A model generated the notes under the pieces. It was not told the DNA's origin. It searched no databases and saw only the letters and a program-made list of their open reading frames with translations. A stretch of 64,000 nt of DNA from Peribolospora baueri (taxonomy: Eukaryota). The stretch covers positions 124,001-188,000 of the forward strand of contig JAMDHS010000009.1 in NCBI GenBank assembly GCA_029717555.1, written 5' to 3'. Within the stretch, counting starts at the first letter, position 1, and every line of letters begins with the position of its first letter. This document shows positions 1-10,710 of this stretch, piece after piece. Both the position numbers and the translations under genes were made by a program.

Positions 1-36
1 GCATTGTGCGTCGTTCGCCTCCCGCCGCCCGAGCAG

Positions 37-276
37 GACTGCATCACGAGCTCAACCTCGAATACATCTACCCCGTGAGTTTCACGTCTAACCCGTTCTC
101 CAGCTTCTGACGCTGGAGTCGATTGAACCCGCCATCGTTTTCCTTCCTTCCCTCGCCCATCTTCCTGGACATGAAAGGATGCCTACCGCGTACACGTAGT
201 GGACAGCATGCGGTGGCTCATCGAATTTGCAGACCAAGAAGCTGCCGCGGGCAGGCACTGCATCGCGAGCGTGTAA
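37..276 (+). CDS. 3' end of a spliced gene that begins before the window (product not recognised)
   Basis: CAG acceptor near 36; exon reading LHHELNLEYIYP; GTGAGT donor at 75; CTGAC branch site; final exon DAYRVHVVDSMRWLIEFADQEAAAGRHCIASV ending at TAA 274-276. Confidence 0.55.
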
Positions 277-992
277 ATAGTACAGAGAGGACCGCTCTCA
301 GCGTCGGCCTCGGTTCGGTTGGTTCAGATTGAACTCTGTGTGTGTGTGCGTGTTTTAGTGAGGATCAACAACTGTCTGGCCTGCGTCAACGTCGGCCGAC
401 ACATGTCAGCCCGTCATGGAACTTGCGTGACTGTAGAGCAAAGCGCTTCCGCGCCATGTGCCTGATTGTCAACTGATGGTGAAAAGACCAGCCTAAGGAA
501 AGGCTGAGCGTGGCTCAACAGATGTTGTTGTGATATGACTGGACAACAGAGGGGAGGAAAAGGCTAGAGCGGTGGCACCGGCGGGCGTGTTCGTGGGACT
601 CAGTGGCAGGGATGAAACGAGAAGCTCGACCGACCAAGCGCGTCCCCGGGCCTCCTCGCCTCTGTCTCTTGGGCAGCCACACAATAACGCTAACGGACGA
701 TGGAAGAAGGAAAGGAAGATCATATTTCCAAACTCATGATGACCAAACGGGGATGGAATAGGCAGGTACATAGAGGCGGGCGCCGCTCCACTACTACCGC
801 CGCCGCCATCATCGTCGTAGAGGACCTTCGTACCTCTTTAAAAACCTCCGCCTCTCCCGCCTCCTCCCCTCGCCCTCGCTCACATACATACATGCACGCA
901 TCGAGAGACACGAGGAAGGGAGATATGGAGAGAAAAAAAGGGATCTCGTCACGAGATCCCTACAGGTTCATATTTTATGCAGCCCCAGCCAA

Positions 993-3089
993 TCAAAGCT
1001 GCGGCTGCTGCTGCGGCTCACCCTCAGCAGGAGCGGCAGCGGTGGGGTTGCTGGTCTCGAACTCCCTCAAGACGTTGATGGCCTCGTTCGTCTTGGACGT
1101 CAGCGCCTCGTCGTCCTCGAGCAAGTGAAGAAGCTCCGAGACGGGTAGCTCAAGGAGCATACCGGTGAGCTTGCCTGCCAGGGCAGGGTGGCTATCATGG
1201 ATCTTGGGATAGATCGCCTCGCCGAGCATCTGCTTCTGCTCTTCGGGGCCAGCGTTGGCCAGTGCGGCGGCCGTGAGGGCAGGCTGAGAGGCAGGCTTGG
1301 CAGCCGCGGCGGGCCTCGCGCCGGGGGGGACACGAGGAGGAACGGGGAGACCCTGGCCGGGAATGACAGGTTGGGCGGGGCGGTGGGGGGCGCCGTTGAC
1401 GCCAACGGGAGGAGCGGGACGGCTGCCGGGGGCGCCAGCCGCACCGGGCGGGCCACGGGGAGGGCGAGGGGGACGGTAGCCTTGGGGAGGGACCATGCCG
1501 TTGAATTGGGGCGCTGGCTGTCCATACTGAGGCATGGGCATGCCGGGCATCATGCCAGCCGGGGCATAGCGCGGCCGAGGGACCATGCCGCCGGGCTGAC
1601 CGGGGTAGGCACCGGGAGGGTAGAACATGCTAGGCGCGGGGAAGCCCATGCCAGCAGCGGCCTGCTGCTGAACACGCATCTGGTTGCGCTGGAGGATCTG
1701 GGCTTCGAGCTGCTGCCTACGCACGTCCTTGCGCTGCGCGAGGGCAACGTACAGCGGCTTGCCGTCCATCATCTTTGTGAAACGAGCGATAGACAAAGAG
1801 GTCAGTCGAATGTCACATCGCCCAAAGGGAAGTCTCACCATGCGCGAAACTGTCTTCGAACTCCTCACCTTGCCGTTCATCTCCGTGACCGCCTTGGTGG
1901 CCTCGTCAGGAGCCGAGTAGCAGACGAAACCGAAGCCGCGAGAGACGCCAGAAGGAGCACGCATGACCTTGCACGAGGTGATGGTGCCGAAAGGCGAGAA
2001 CTCCTCGCGGAGACGATCATCGTCGAACTCCTCGGGCAGGTTCTTGAGGTAGAGGTTCACGCCCTGGTACTTGGACAGCTTCTCGTTCTTGGCCGCCTCG
2101 TAGCTGCGGCGGAGCTCCTCCTCGCGCTCGGACTTCTTCTGAGCGCGAGCGACGAAAATCTTCTGGCTCTTGACTTCGGTGTCGTGGAGCTCCTCGACAG
2201 CCCTCTTGGCCGCCTCGTGGTCCTCGTAGTTGACGAAACCGAAACCTTTGGACTTGCCCTCGTCGTCAACCTGGAGGTGGGACGAGGTGATCTTGCCGAA
2301 CGCCTCAAAGAGCTTGGTGAACTCTTCCTGATCGACGCTAAGATCGAGGTTCTTGACGTAGACGTTGGTGAACTTTGCGCGCATCTCGTCAATCTTGGCC
2401 TGACGCTCCTTGCGCGGGATGTGGTGGCCAACGTAGACCTTTTTGTCGTTGAGGAGCATGCCATTGACGTGCTTGATGGCAGCGTCAGCAGCCTCGGGGG
2501 TCTCGTAGTGGACGAAGCCGTAGCCCTTCGAGCCATTCTCATCCATGGCGACCTTGCAGGAGAGGATGTTGCCGAAGGCGGCGAAGGTGTCGTGAAGGGC
2601 CTTGTTGTCGATGGCCTCGTCGAGGTTCTTGATGAAGATGTTACCGGTGCCGGTCCTGCGGAGGGCGGGGTCACGCTGGGACCACATGATGCGGCAGGGA
2701 CGGTTACGGATGACGGAGTAGTTGAGCTGCTCGAGAGCGCGCTCGCCATCGGCGGTATTGAGGAAGTTGACGTAGGCGTAGCCAAGCGAGCGGCGGGTGA
2801 CGGCGTCGCGGCAGACGCGGATGCTGGCGACGGGCCCGATCATGTTGAAGATCTCGAAGAGCATGGCCTCGGTGACAGAGGGGTCGAGCTCGCCGACGTA
2901 GAGCGAGGTGCTCGGGGCCGAGCCAGCGGCGCTCGAGGCGGGCGACGGGCTGACGGGCACCGGGGAGGAAGAAGACGGCGCAGAAGCGGCCGGGGCGGCG
3001 GCAGCCGGCTGCTCAGCCGCCGCGGCGTTGTTGCTGGCGGGCTCCGCCGCCGGAGGGGGAGAGGTGGTGGCGGTGGCGGTGGCGGACAT
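993..3089 (-). CDS. PAB1: Cytoplasmic poly(A)-binding protein (4 RRM + MLLE/PABC), one 96-nt intron at 1773-1868
   Basis: SLYVGELDPSVTEAMLFEIF, RSLGYAYVNF, GYGFVHY, GFGFVNY and GFGFVCY RNP motifs; C-terminal QKQMLGEAIYP...KLTGMLLE; intron GTGAG...CTGAC...AAG. Confidence 0.98.
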   Translation of the reverse strand: MSATATATTSPPPAAEPASNNAAAAEQPAAAAPAASAPSSSSPVPVSPSPASSAAGSAPSTSLYVGELDPSVTEAMLFEIFNMIGPVASIRVCRDAVTRRSLGYAYVNFLNTADGERALEQLNYSVIRNRPCRIMWSQRDPALRRTGTGNIFIKNLDEAIDNKALHDTFAAFGNILSCKVAMDENGSKGYGFVHYETPEAADAAIKHVNGMLLNDKKVYVGHHIPRKERQAKIDEMRAKFTNVYVKNLDLSVDQEEFTKLFEAFGKITSSHLQVDDEGKSKGFGFVNYEDHEAAKRAVEELHDTEVKSQKIFVARAQKKSEREEELRRSYEAAKNEKLSKYQGVNLYLKNLPEEFDDDRLREEFSPFGTITSCKVMRAPSGVSRGFGFVCYSAPDEATKAVTEMNGKVRSSKTVSRMVRLPFGRCDIRLTSLSIARFTKMMDGKPLYVALAQRKDVRRQQLEAQILQRNQMRVQQQAAAGMGFPAPSMFYPPGAYPGQPGGMVPRPRYAPAGMMPGMPMPQYGQPAPQFNGMVPPQGYRPPRPPRGPPGAAGAPGSRPAPPVGVNGAPHRPAQPVIPGQGLPVPPRVPPGARPAAAAKPASQPALTAAALANAGPEEQKQMLGEAIYPKIHDSHPALAGKLTGMLLELPVSELLHLLEDDEALTSKTNEAINVLREFETSNPTAAAPAEGEPQQQPQL

Positions 3090-3480
3090 GATGAGGGAGA
3101 AAAGGGAGTCGGATGGAAGGTCTGTGGTAGTGGGAGAGATGAGACATTGTAAAATGACACGTCAGTCACGGGCGCCACTGGCTGTCTGTCAGTCGCGTGC
3201 CGTCTGTCCGTCGTCGACTCGTGACATGTCACTCACCAAGAAGGCGGGGGCGTAGAGGAGAAGGTGAAGACGACGACTGTTACAGAAAGGCGCCTGTTTT
3301 CGGTCAAAGAGAATGGAAGATCTGATCGACCTCCTTGTTTCTTTCTGGAGTGGCGAAAGAAAAGAGGGAGGCAAAACAGGCGTCAGCATACCGTCCGTGA
3401 AAAGAACGGCGCGGTGGCGATGTTTACAGGAGCCCAGCCGACAAGCCCGGGCAGGGCGGGCACACTCACAGACAATGGGG

Positions 3481-3726
3481 TTTTTCAATTTTTTTGTGAG
3501 ATTTTTGAAATTAGAGAGAACACGGATGGCCTCTGCCGTTTTCGAAAGTGAAAACGCGGAGAGCAAGTCGTGAAGGAAGGGGACGAGGTGGGGGAGGAGG
3601 AGGATGGGGGAGGGAACGATGGCAAACGTCCGCCGCCTGAAAAACCCACGCCCAGCGAGCCACCCTACCGCAGCAGACCAGCCGCAGCCGGCCGCAGCCG
3701 GGTCGGGTGGACACTTGCTAGGGTTA
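3481..3726. promoter_or_regulatory. Putative divergent promoter between PAB1 and the candidate ncRNA: T/A-rich RRPE-like tract and telo-box-like CTAGGGTTA
   Basis: TTTTTCAATTTTTTTG...ATTTTTGAAA at 3481-3510 stands out in a roughly 60% GC background; CTAGGGTTA at 3718-3726 is followed by a pyrimidine tract at 3755-3790. Confidence 0.35.
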
Positions 3727-3804
3727 CCGCAGCTCTTTCGCCGACCCGAGTTCGTCTCCCCTCCCTCCCTTTTCTTCCCTCTCTCTTTTCTACAACAATG
3801 TCAT

Positions 3805-4025
3805 TTTACACGGACCTCGCTTTAGAGTCGCCTCTTCTCGCCAGCTCCCCCTCCAAACGGAACGGGGGAGCGAACAGGAGTACATAGCGGTGCTCGTGAG
3901 GTCCGAGATTCATTTCCTCCTCGCTCGTCCGAACCGTGGCGCCCGTTCCATACCACCTTATCGTGGCCCTTGGCCATGCTGCAGGTGCGTTCGGCGGGCA
4001 CCCTGGGCCAACGGGAGGTAAATTA
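3805..4025 (+). ncRNA. Candidate structured ncRNA (hairpin-hinge-hairpin, H/ACA snoRNA-like)
   Basis: 10-bp stem 3811-3820/3896-3905; inner stem GCTCCCCC/GGGGGAGC; second hairpin closed by CCTCC 3916-3920/GGAGG 4014-4018; no credible ORF. H box and ACA box are non-canonical (AGATTCA, AAA). Confidence 0.4.
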
Positions 4026-4281
4026 AATCATCCTCCTTTCCTTTGTCTTTACGTCTCCTCTCCTGTTTCTCGTTACTCGCCCCCATGTTTCTCTCTATGT
4101 CTGTCATTGCTCAATGCATGTTTGGAATGAGCAGGCTCCCTGCTTAAAGAATCTGACTCGAGCATCGCGCTTGCATAATGGGTGTGTAAAGCCATAGACG
4201 GGAAAAAGATACAGGTGCACAAGGCGAGGAGATCATGAAGAGCTGACGAGAAGACCCGTCCGTAACCCGTCCGCGACTCTT

Positions 4282-5370
4282 TTAAACGACAGTGCCGGCG
4301 TTGGACGCGATACGCGGCCAGAGGTCGGCCTGCAAAGCGACGATGTAAAACGAGACAGGAACAAGTCAGACGCGAGTAATTAGAAAGGGTGGGCCATGCT
4401 TGTACTCACACACTCCTTCGCCACCGGGCCAGTGATGGCCCTTCACGATAGCGACAGGTAAATGTAAAAATTGGAAGATCAGCCATTGAGGTCGACGTCA
4501 TTCGACGCAAACTATGGTGGCACTCACGAGCCCTTCATCTCGCCCTTGGGGTTAACAATCACACCCGCGTTGTCCTCGCTGTGATAGAATCGCGAACGAA
4601 GGACTGAGGTCAGCGCCCGTCTGATCGGAAATGTCAACGGCGACGACAGCAAATCCCAACGAGGCACGGGAAAGGCTCACAAGTAGAGGTAGACGCCGTC
4701 ACGACGACGCCACGGCTTGCGCTGGCGGATGACGACAGCCGGCATGACTGAGAAGCGGCGAAGGTGATGAGAACGTCAGCGTGGGCCCGGGTTTGACGAA
4801 GTCGACGAAGCGCTTCTTATGGGACTGTTCTCGTCCTTGGTGGTTGATTCTCTTCCCGCCAGAGATCTCCTTTATCGGGCTCTACATCCCGACTTGACGG
4901 GGCAATCAAACCTCCTAACCACAAATATCCCTTCGCCGTGTCTTCCCTTCGCCGGCTCTTCCATCACTTCTCAGCCTCACTGCATCTTCCCAATCCCCAA
5001 GACGACCCATTTCAACCGATTCCAACCCCCTAACTAAAACGGCTGCTCACCCTTCTTCCTCAACTCAGGCTTTCCCTTCTTGACGGAGGCGACGACCATG
5101 TCACCGGCGGCGGAGGCGGGGAGCCTGTTGAGGCGGGCACCGATGCCGTTGACGGCGATGACATACAGGTTCTTGGCGCCGCTGTTGTCAGCGCAGTTCA
5201 TGACCGCGCCAACGGGGAGACCGAGGGTCTGTACGCGGGCGAGGCATACAAGCGATTCATGCCAAGGAGGAAGATGATCAGTCGACATCCGGAGAGGGAT
5301 CGCCTGCTCAGCTTGCGAAGCCCGCGCTCACCATCCGGAACTTGTTACCCGAAACCTGAACCTTGGACAT
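4282..5370 (-). CDS. RPL23: 60S ribosomal protein L23 (uL14), 6 exons
   Basis: Spliced translation [39 protein letters not shown]...[75 protein letters not shown]; five GT-AG introns. Confidence 0.97.
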
Positions 5371-5588
5371 TTTTGAAGCTACGATGCGAAACGAAAGACG
5401 CCAGAAAAAAAGCGTCAAGGTCGTCGTCCTTCTCTTCCTTCTAGGGACGGCCACACCACCACTTACCTTGACGAGACCGTTGAAGGACGACTTGAACAGC
5501 GACAACGACTCCGGCGCGAAGCAGGCCATTCGACCTTCAGGGCATGGATGCTGCGGCTGCGATGTGCATCGAAACGCGCCAGAAGAAC

Positions 5589-5601
5589 AGGGTTAGGGTT
5601 A
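5589..5601. promoter_or_regulatory. Telomere-like (telo-box) element upstream of RPL23
   Basis: AGGGTTAGGGTTA about 220 bp upstream of the RPL23 ATG; TCACGTGA also present near 5651. Confidence 0.45.
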
Positions 5602-5932
5602 TATTGACTATACATTCGAGTTCAGCAGACCTAGACGACGATCTTCGACGTCACGTGATGACGACATCGGCTATTTGCCAGCATCCTGGCGGATGGGACG
5701 GAATTTCACTAGCGAGCCAAAAGGCTTCCGCCGGCACGACAATGTACACTAACACAAGTAACGTTTATATTTGAGCAGCATCCAATTTCATTCCGTGACT
5801 TTCTACTCGGCGTAGGAGAGGCTAGTGAGCGATGACTGGACAAATTGGCGAACCACTACCGCTGACGGGGAGGAAGGTGCATTACTGTCCACTAACGGCG
5901 TTACAAACGAGAGGTCGTTGACGGTCGTGTGT

Positions 5933-7922
5933 CTAGAACTGTAGGCAGATGAAATGGTGGAGGACGGAGATGGAGGAAAACAGGCATGAAATGTCGTTAG
6001 CCTGCCGTTCATCGATAAGTAAGTGCTTTCGAGAATATGCAAGCGTGCATGCTCGCCTTGTAGACCTGGGAAGGCTGGTAGCCAAGGTCAGCGATGTGGC
6101 CTGGACACGAAAAAGAATAGAAGATCGAGGGAAGGTGCGAGAGAAAGAGGGAAAAATAAATAGGGTAGGTGAGTCAAGAACATGTGCCGTGACCGACAGG
6201 CTAGCTAGTCAGGCAGCCGGCTAGCACCACAGATGGGGGGGGGGGGGGGGTTCGAACGTTTAGTACGCACCCTTGAGCGGTCCTTGATCCTTCGGAGAGA
6301 CTGTGAACGGACGACAGGCACACGGACGACATGTAAGTAAACTTGCTTTCCTTGCTGCACAAGACCGTGACCGAACAAAACCTGAAACCCATGGGCCAGC
6401 CCCTAGCCATCGCATGAACGGAGGAGAACAGTGCCGAAAGGAGACGCACCCTTGTTGCCGCAAATCGCCTCAACCTGAGGAGGAGGTCCGCACACGAAGA
6501 TCTTGGTCTTGTCAGCCAAGCCGGGAAGGGGCAGGTGCTTGCTGTTAGTGGTGAAGGGTAAGACAGAACAGGGACGGTCGGAACGGCCAAATGAGCGAAA
6601 GGTGTAGAGACGAAGCAAGCGATCTGAAGCGTTCAATGGAACCTGAAGTGGTAGAGCGGAAACGCACGAGAGCAGCTCAGAAGTGATGTACCCGGTGTGA
6701 CCCTTCCAGTTCCAGTTGCCCTTGTCGACGGCGTAAATGGTCTTGAACTGCTCGGGACGCTCGGCGGCGACCTTGTCAAACTTCTCCTTAAGGAGGATGT
6801 CGTTCGGGGTAACGTTCGCGTAGATGAGCGTCACCTTGGTCTTGTCATCCGGGTTCGAGGCAATCTTCTGCACTAGCTGCCACAGGGGAGTGATGCCCGA
6901 GCCTCCGCCGATGAGACCGATGTGCTCGAATTCGTTGGGCTTGTAAGGCCACTTGGGGATCGGGCCTGAGGGCGGGACAAAGGCAGAAGAGCTTGGTGAA
7001 TCGGACATGTAACAGATGCAAAGGAGAAAACCTCGTAACGCCACGCACCCTTGATCTCAAGCTTGTCACCAGGCTTGAGGCTGTGGATGTGCTCAGTCAT
7101 GGCTACAAGTGATCCACCAAAATGGGCACATATGAGGCACAAAAGCTACCCTCAGCTTCAGAACTGGAACCGATTTCTGCACTCGTTTAAGACAGCCGAC
7201 GCACCGCCACCCTTGTACTTCTTGATAAGGAGGTCGATGTGACCCTCAGCCTCAGGGGTGCTAACTGGGGTGTAGGGACTGCAAGAAGCATGGTCGAGGA
7301 CGGTGGTCGTTGAACAAACACGGCTCAAAGCGACGGTGGCACTGCTCCTACCCACCGAATGACGGGCTTGCCATCCTTGCTCGGGCTTCCCTCGGAGCCC
7401 TTGACGATAACGGCCGAGCAGACGTCCGTGCCTGCGGTTTGACCGGCAGGGAGCTCGAAGACGAAGGTGGAAGTGTTGTGGTTGTAGGGTTTGACCTGGG
7501 AACACGCGGACGGAAAGACCACGCGCAAACGAACAAACATTGCTCAGAAACAGACAGAGTGTCCGAGTAGGGGGAACGACATGCGCCTATATGGCTGGCC
7601 CGCTCACCTCCTTGAGAGTCAGCGACTTCCAGCTCTTCGGGTCCAAGTAGCCGGTGACAGAGTCAGCGGCCTGCTTGGCCTTAGCTTCAGCGTCCTTCGC
7701 AGAACCCTCGGCCTTGGCCTTGACCTCCGGGTTTCGGTTCAAGTAGACGTATCCGCCCAAGCCCGCGAGGCCCAGCAGGCCGAGGACGAGCGGGGTGTTG
7801 GACGCTCCGCCGTTGGCCGGGCCTCCAGCTTGGGTCGCATAAGAGCGCAAGGTGGGTGCGGCACCGGCGAAGCGGGCGCGGGACGCCGAGGCAAATGCGT
7901 TCGTTGCGGCCGTGCGGAGCAT
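5933..7922 (-). CDS. MCR1: Mitochondrial NADH-cytochrome b5 reductase, multi-exon
   Basis: N-terminal presequence MLRTAATNAFASASRARF plus hydrophobic anchor; FAD motif VIRPYTP; GGSGITP; LIYAN; CGPP; C-terminus LGYQPSQVYKF completed across a GC-AG intron. Confidence 0.93.
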
Positions 7923-8303
7923 GCTGGCGGGACGATTAATTGAGAGAGGCGGCAGTGAGTCCGATCGGGTGGAAGGAAGGTGATGATGGTGTGAACTGGA
8001 AGCTCGATCGCAGCGGAGGCAGCCGATCCGACATGTCGCGTTCTCGGCCGGTGACGCAATCGAGGCACGTGCCCGCGTATGCCTGCGCACGCGCCATCTA
8101 TTGGATGTGACGGTGGTCGGGTCGGAAACACAGAGAAGCGCATTGATATTGCACGGTCGAGTCTAATGCATAAATGTCCGAGCAAGCCCAGTGCACAGTC
8201 CGCTGCTGAATATGCTGAACGCACGCATCATGTTCGGTCCTTCCCTCCCCTCTCCCCGCCTTCGCCGCATGTGCACGCCCGGCGGTCACGACACGGCGAC
8301 TCT

Positions 8304-10462
8304 CTAAGTTCTCTCGCGCCCGAAGCTCACTTTGACCCTCTGTCGTTCAGACGCCCAGCCCGCGTCCCAAGGCAACACGCCGGGGAAGACTTGGGAGCTC
8401 ACGTCGCCGTTCGGTGACAGGGGGGGACACCACTCAAGCAGCTCGGAGAGCTCTGGGGCTGAAAAGTGGTAGCCGTGGAAGCGACGGAAGGGGTTTCGGC
8501 TTTGGCGTTTGGCCTATCAGACCGATGGGGACAGCGGTGGACTTGAGCGTGCGACAGGAAACGGATACGCAACCGGCGGCCGAAGAGACTTGCACTCACC
8601 GACAATGTATCGTGACAGCCGTACAGGTCTCTTTGGAACTTGGTAAAGCCGTTTGCGAGCTGAGAACGAGGGAGGGAAGAGGGAGGACGCGTTGTAAAAG
8701 CATGAACGACTGAGCTGTGTGCAAACCGGCGGACAGATAGCGATGAATGTAATCGGCTCACCTCGCCCTGATATGCATCGCTCGTGTCGCCTTCGTCATC
8801 GATGCCCACATACTCCCACGTAGTCGCCCGGCGCCCTTCATCATCGGTGACCAAAGGCCAGCGCACAGCGGCCCTGTGCAACCTCTCGAACCTCTCCTTC
8901 TTCATCCCGTACCCGACAATGGTCACCTTTGTCGGGTACCGACCCGTCACCTCGCGGAACCGAGCGAGCGAGAAAAGCAGGTTTTCGTACGAATCTAGAG
9001 CGAAGTTTTCGGTCGTGATCCGCGGGTGGTAGGGGTGGAGTGTCGACTTGGGATCGGAGGTAGGAGGGGTGAGAAGGGGGGAGGAAAGGGTAAGGTGCAG
9101 GTAGGACTCGGCTTCGGTTAAAAGGGCGCGGTTGCGGGTCTGACCCCTGAGAGAGATAGAACGCGGTCAGATTTGCCGATAAGGTTAAATACGGTGGAAA
9201 AGAAATAAGGACAGTAGACGCACCCGCTGAACACGAGCAGGGAACGCTCGTCGGCGAGCATCATCTCGACGCTGCATCAGAAGATGGCGGTTGACGAGAG
9301 ACTGTGAGTGATGCCATTCGACAAATGATGAAGGGAGTGACATCGACTATTCCGTGCGGCAAGCTCACCCTTTCTGGATATGCTTGTAAAACGTCGAGAC
9401 GCTACCTCCCTCCTGGTAGGGCTCCAAGATCCATTTGTCATCATTCTCCCTGTCCAAATAGGAGCAACCCGCTGAGATGAACGCAGATGACGAAGAAAAG
9501 AGCAATGTGTAAACAAAGAAGTCGAGCAGATTGAGTCCCTCGGGAGACCGTCACCCGCCTCGCTTAAGCGCTGAAGTACGGAAGTCGTTGAACCACTCGA
9601 GAAGGAGACTTACTCCAGATAGCGTGCCCAGCGACAATGATCAAATGGTCCAGCCCCCCACCAGCACCCTTCCCACTCGCACCACCGCCGTCAACGGTGG
9701 CAGGCCCCGCGTCGGGCAAGCTGTCCAAGAGGCTCTTCGGCGTTGGCCAGCCCCCTCCCGCAGCTCCGACTGCTCCAGGACCTCCGAGGCGAGCTAATCG
9801 GTAGGCGGTGTCGGCAGAAGGGGAAAGAAGGAAGGAGGAGGTAGTGGAGAGGAGGACATGGCGGACGTTCAGGAGGAGGGACAGGGATAGGAAGATGAGA
9901 AGGAGGACGATGCCCAGGTTTGTGACGCGCGAGCGGGCCGAGAGGCTGTGAACGTGGTGGACGTTTACAGCAAGGCAGAAGAGACAGGCGTGCGCCACGC
10001 AAAAAATACATAAATAAATAAATAAAAGGAGAGGAAATAGGTCCCCATCTCGCCATACTGTGCCCCGACCAGGCAGATCGCTCGCATCCATCTCAGCGCG
10101 GCATTGAACTCACCGCTCTCCCAAACCTTGCTGCCTCCCGTTGGTCCACCTGCGCGACCTCGTCCCGATGGGCGAGGGGAGCATCGCCGAACGATGAGGG
10201 TACGTGTCTGGCCGGCCAAGACTGGGTTAGGATGCCCGCACCTCGATGACCGACCCGCGGGGTCTGGCCGAAAGGTGGGGTTCGAGACGGAGGGAAAGGC
10301 GACGCCGTGGGATCGACTCGAGCGAGCGCTCTGTTGCACTCCGCTACAGGCCTCGCTCCCACTCTCCTTGTACTGGATACTACCAGCGCTTCGGCTCAGA
10401 AGTCGGGCGAGCGATGAGAAAGCTAAGCAGGGCCGTCCGTCGTTCACTTGACGTTCCCGCAT
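8304..10462 (-). CDS. DUF218/YdcF-like protein (YOR238W-like) with N-terminal transmembrane segment; start uncertain
   Basis: HLIIVAGHAIW, WILEPYQ, LLVFSGGQTR...TEAESY, TTENFALDSYENLLFSLARF, RNPFRRFHGY motifs joined by GT-AG introns; hydrophobic TNLGIVLLLIFLSLSLLLNV. Confidence 0.75.
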
Positions 10463-10710
10463 GGACGCTTCTAAATTCGAGCTCGTGAGAGTCGGCGGAG
10501 TGCCGCAGCATGGATGACGGGCACCACGGATGAGACGGCATCGGCGGTGCGATCGCCCGGCACCTGGATGGGATAGATACACATATCTAGCCACAGGGAG
10601 CAAGCAGGATGCTGACTGCCATCCTCTCTGCCCACAGGACAATAGTCTACACTGGAGCGAAGTAAGAAGGAAACATAGGACCGGAAGGAGAAGGACTGCC
10701 GAGCGCCCTT

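Noticed and set aside
1188..3152. 654-aa ORF antisense to PAB1
   Set aside because: Mirror frame of a highly GC3-biased gene; no independent motifs. The same applies to antisense ORFs over RPB1 (59674-60699), RSC8 and the 18-22 kb gene.
3221..3232. Palindrome GTGACATGTCAC upstream of PAB1 (similar CGACATGTCG near 8028 upstream of MCR1)
   Set aside because: Possibly a transcription-factor site, but two occurrences are too few to separate from chance.
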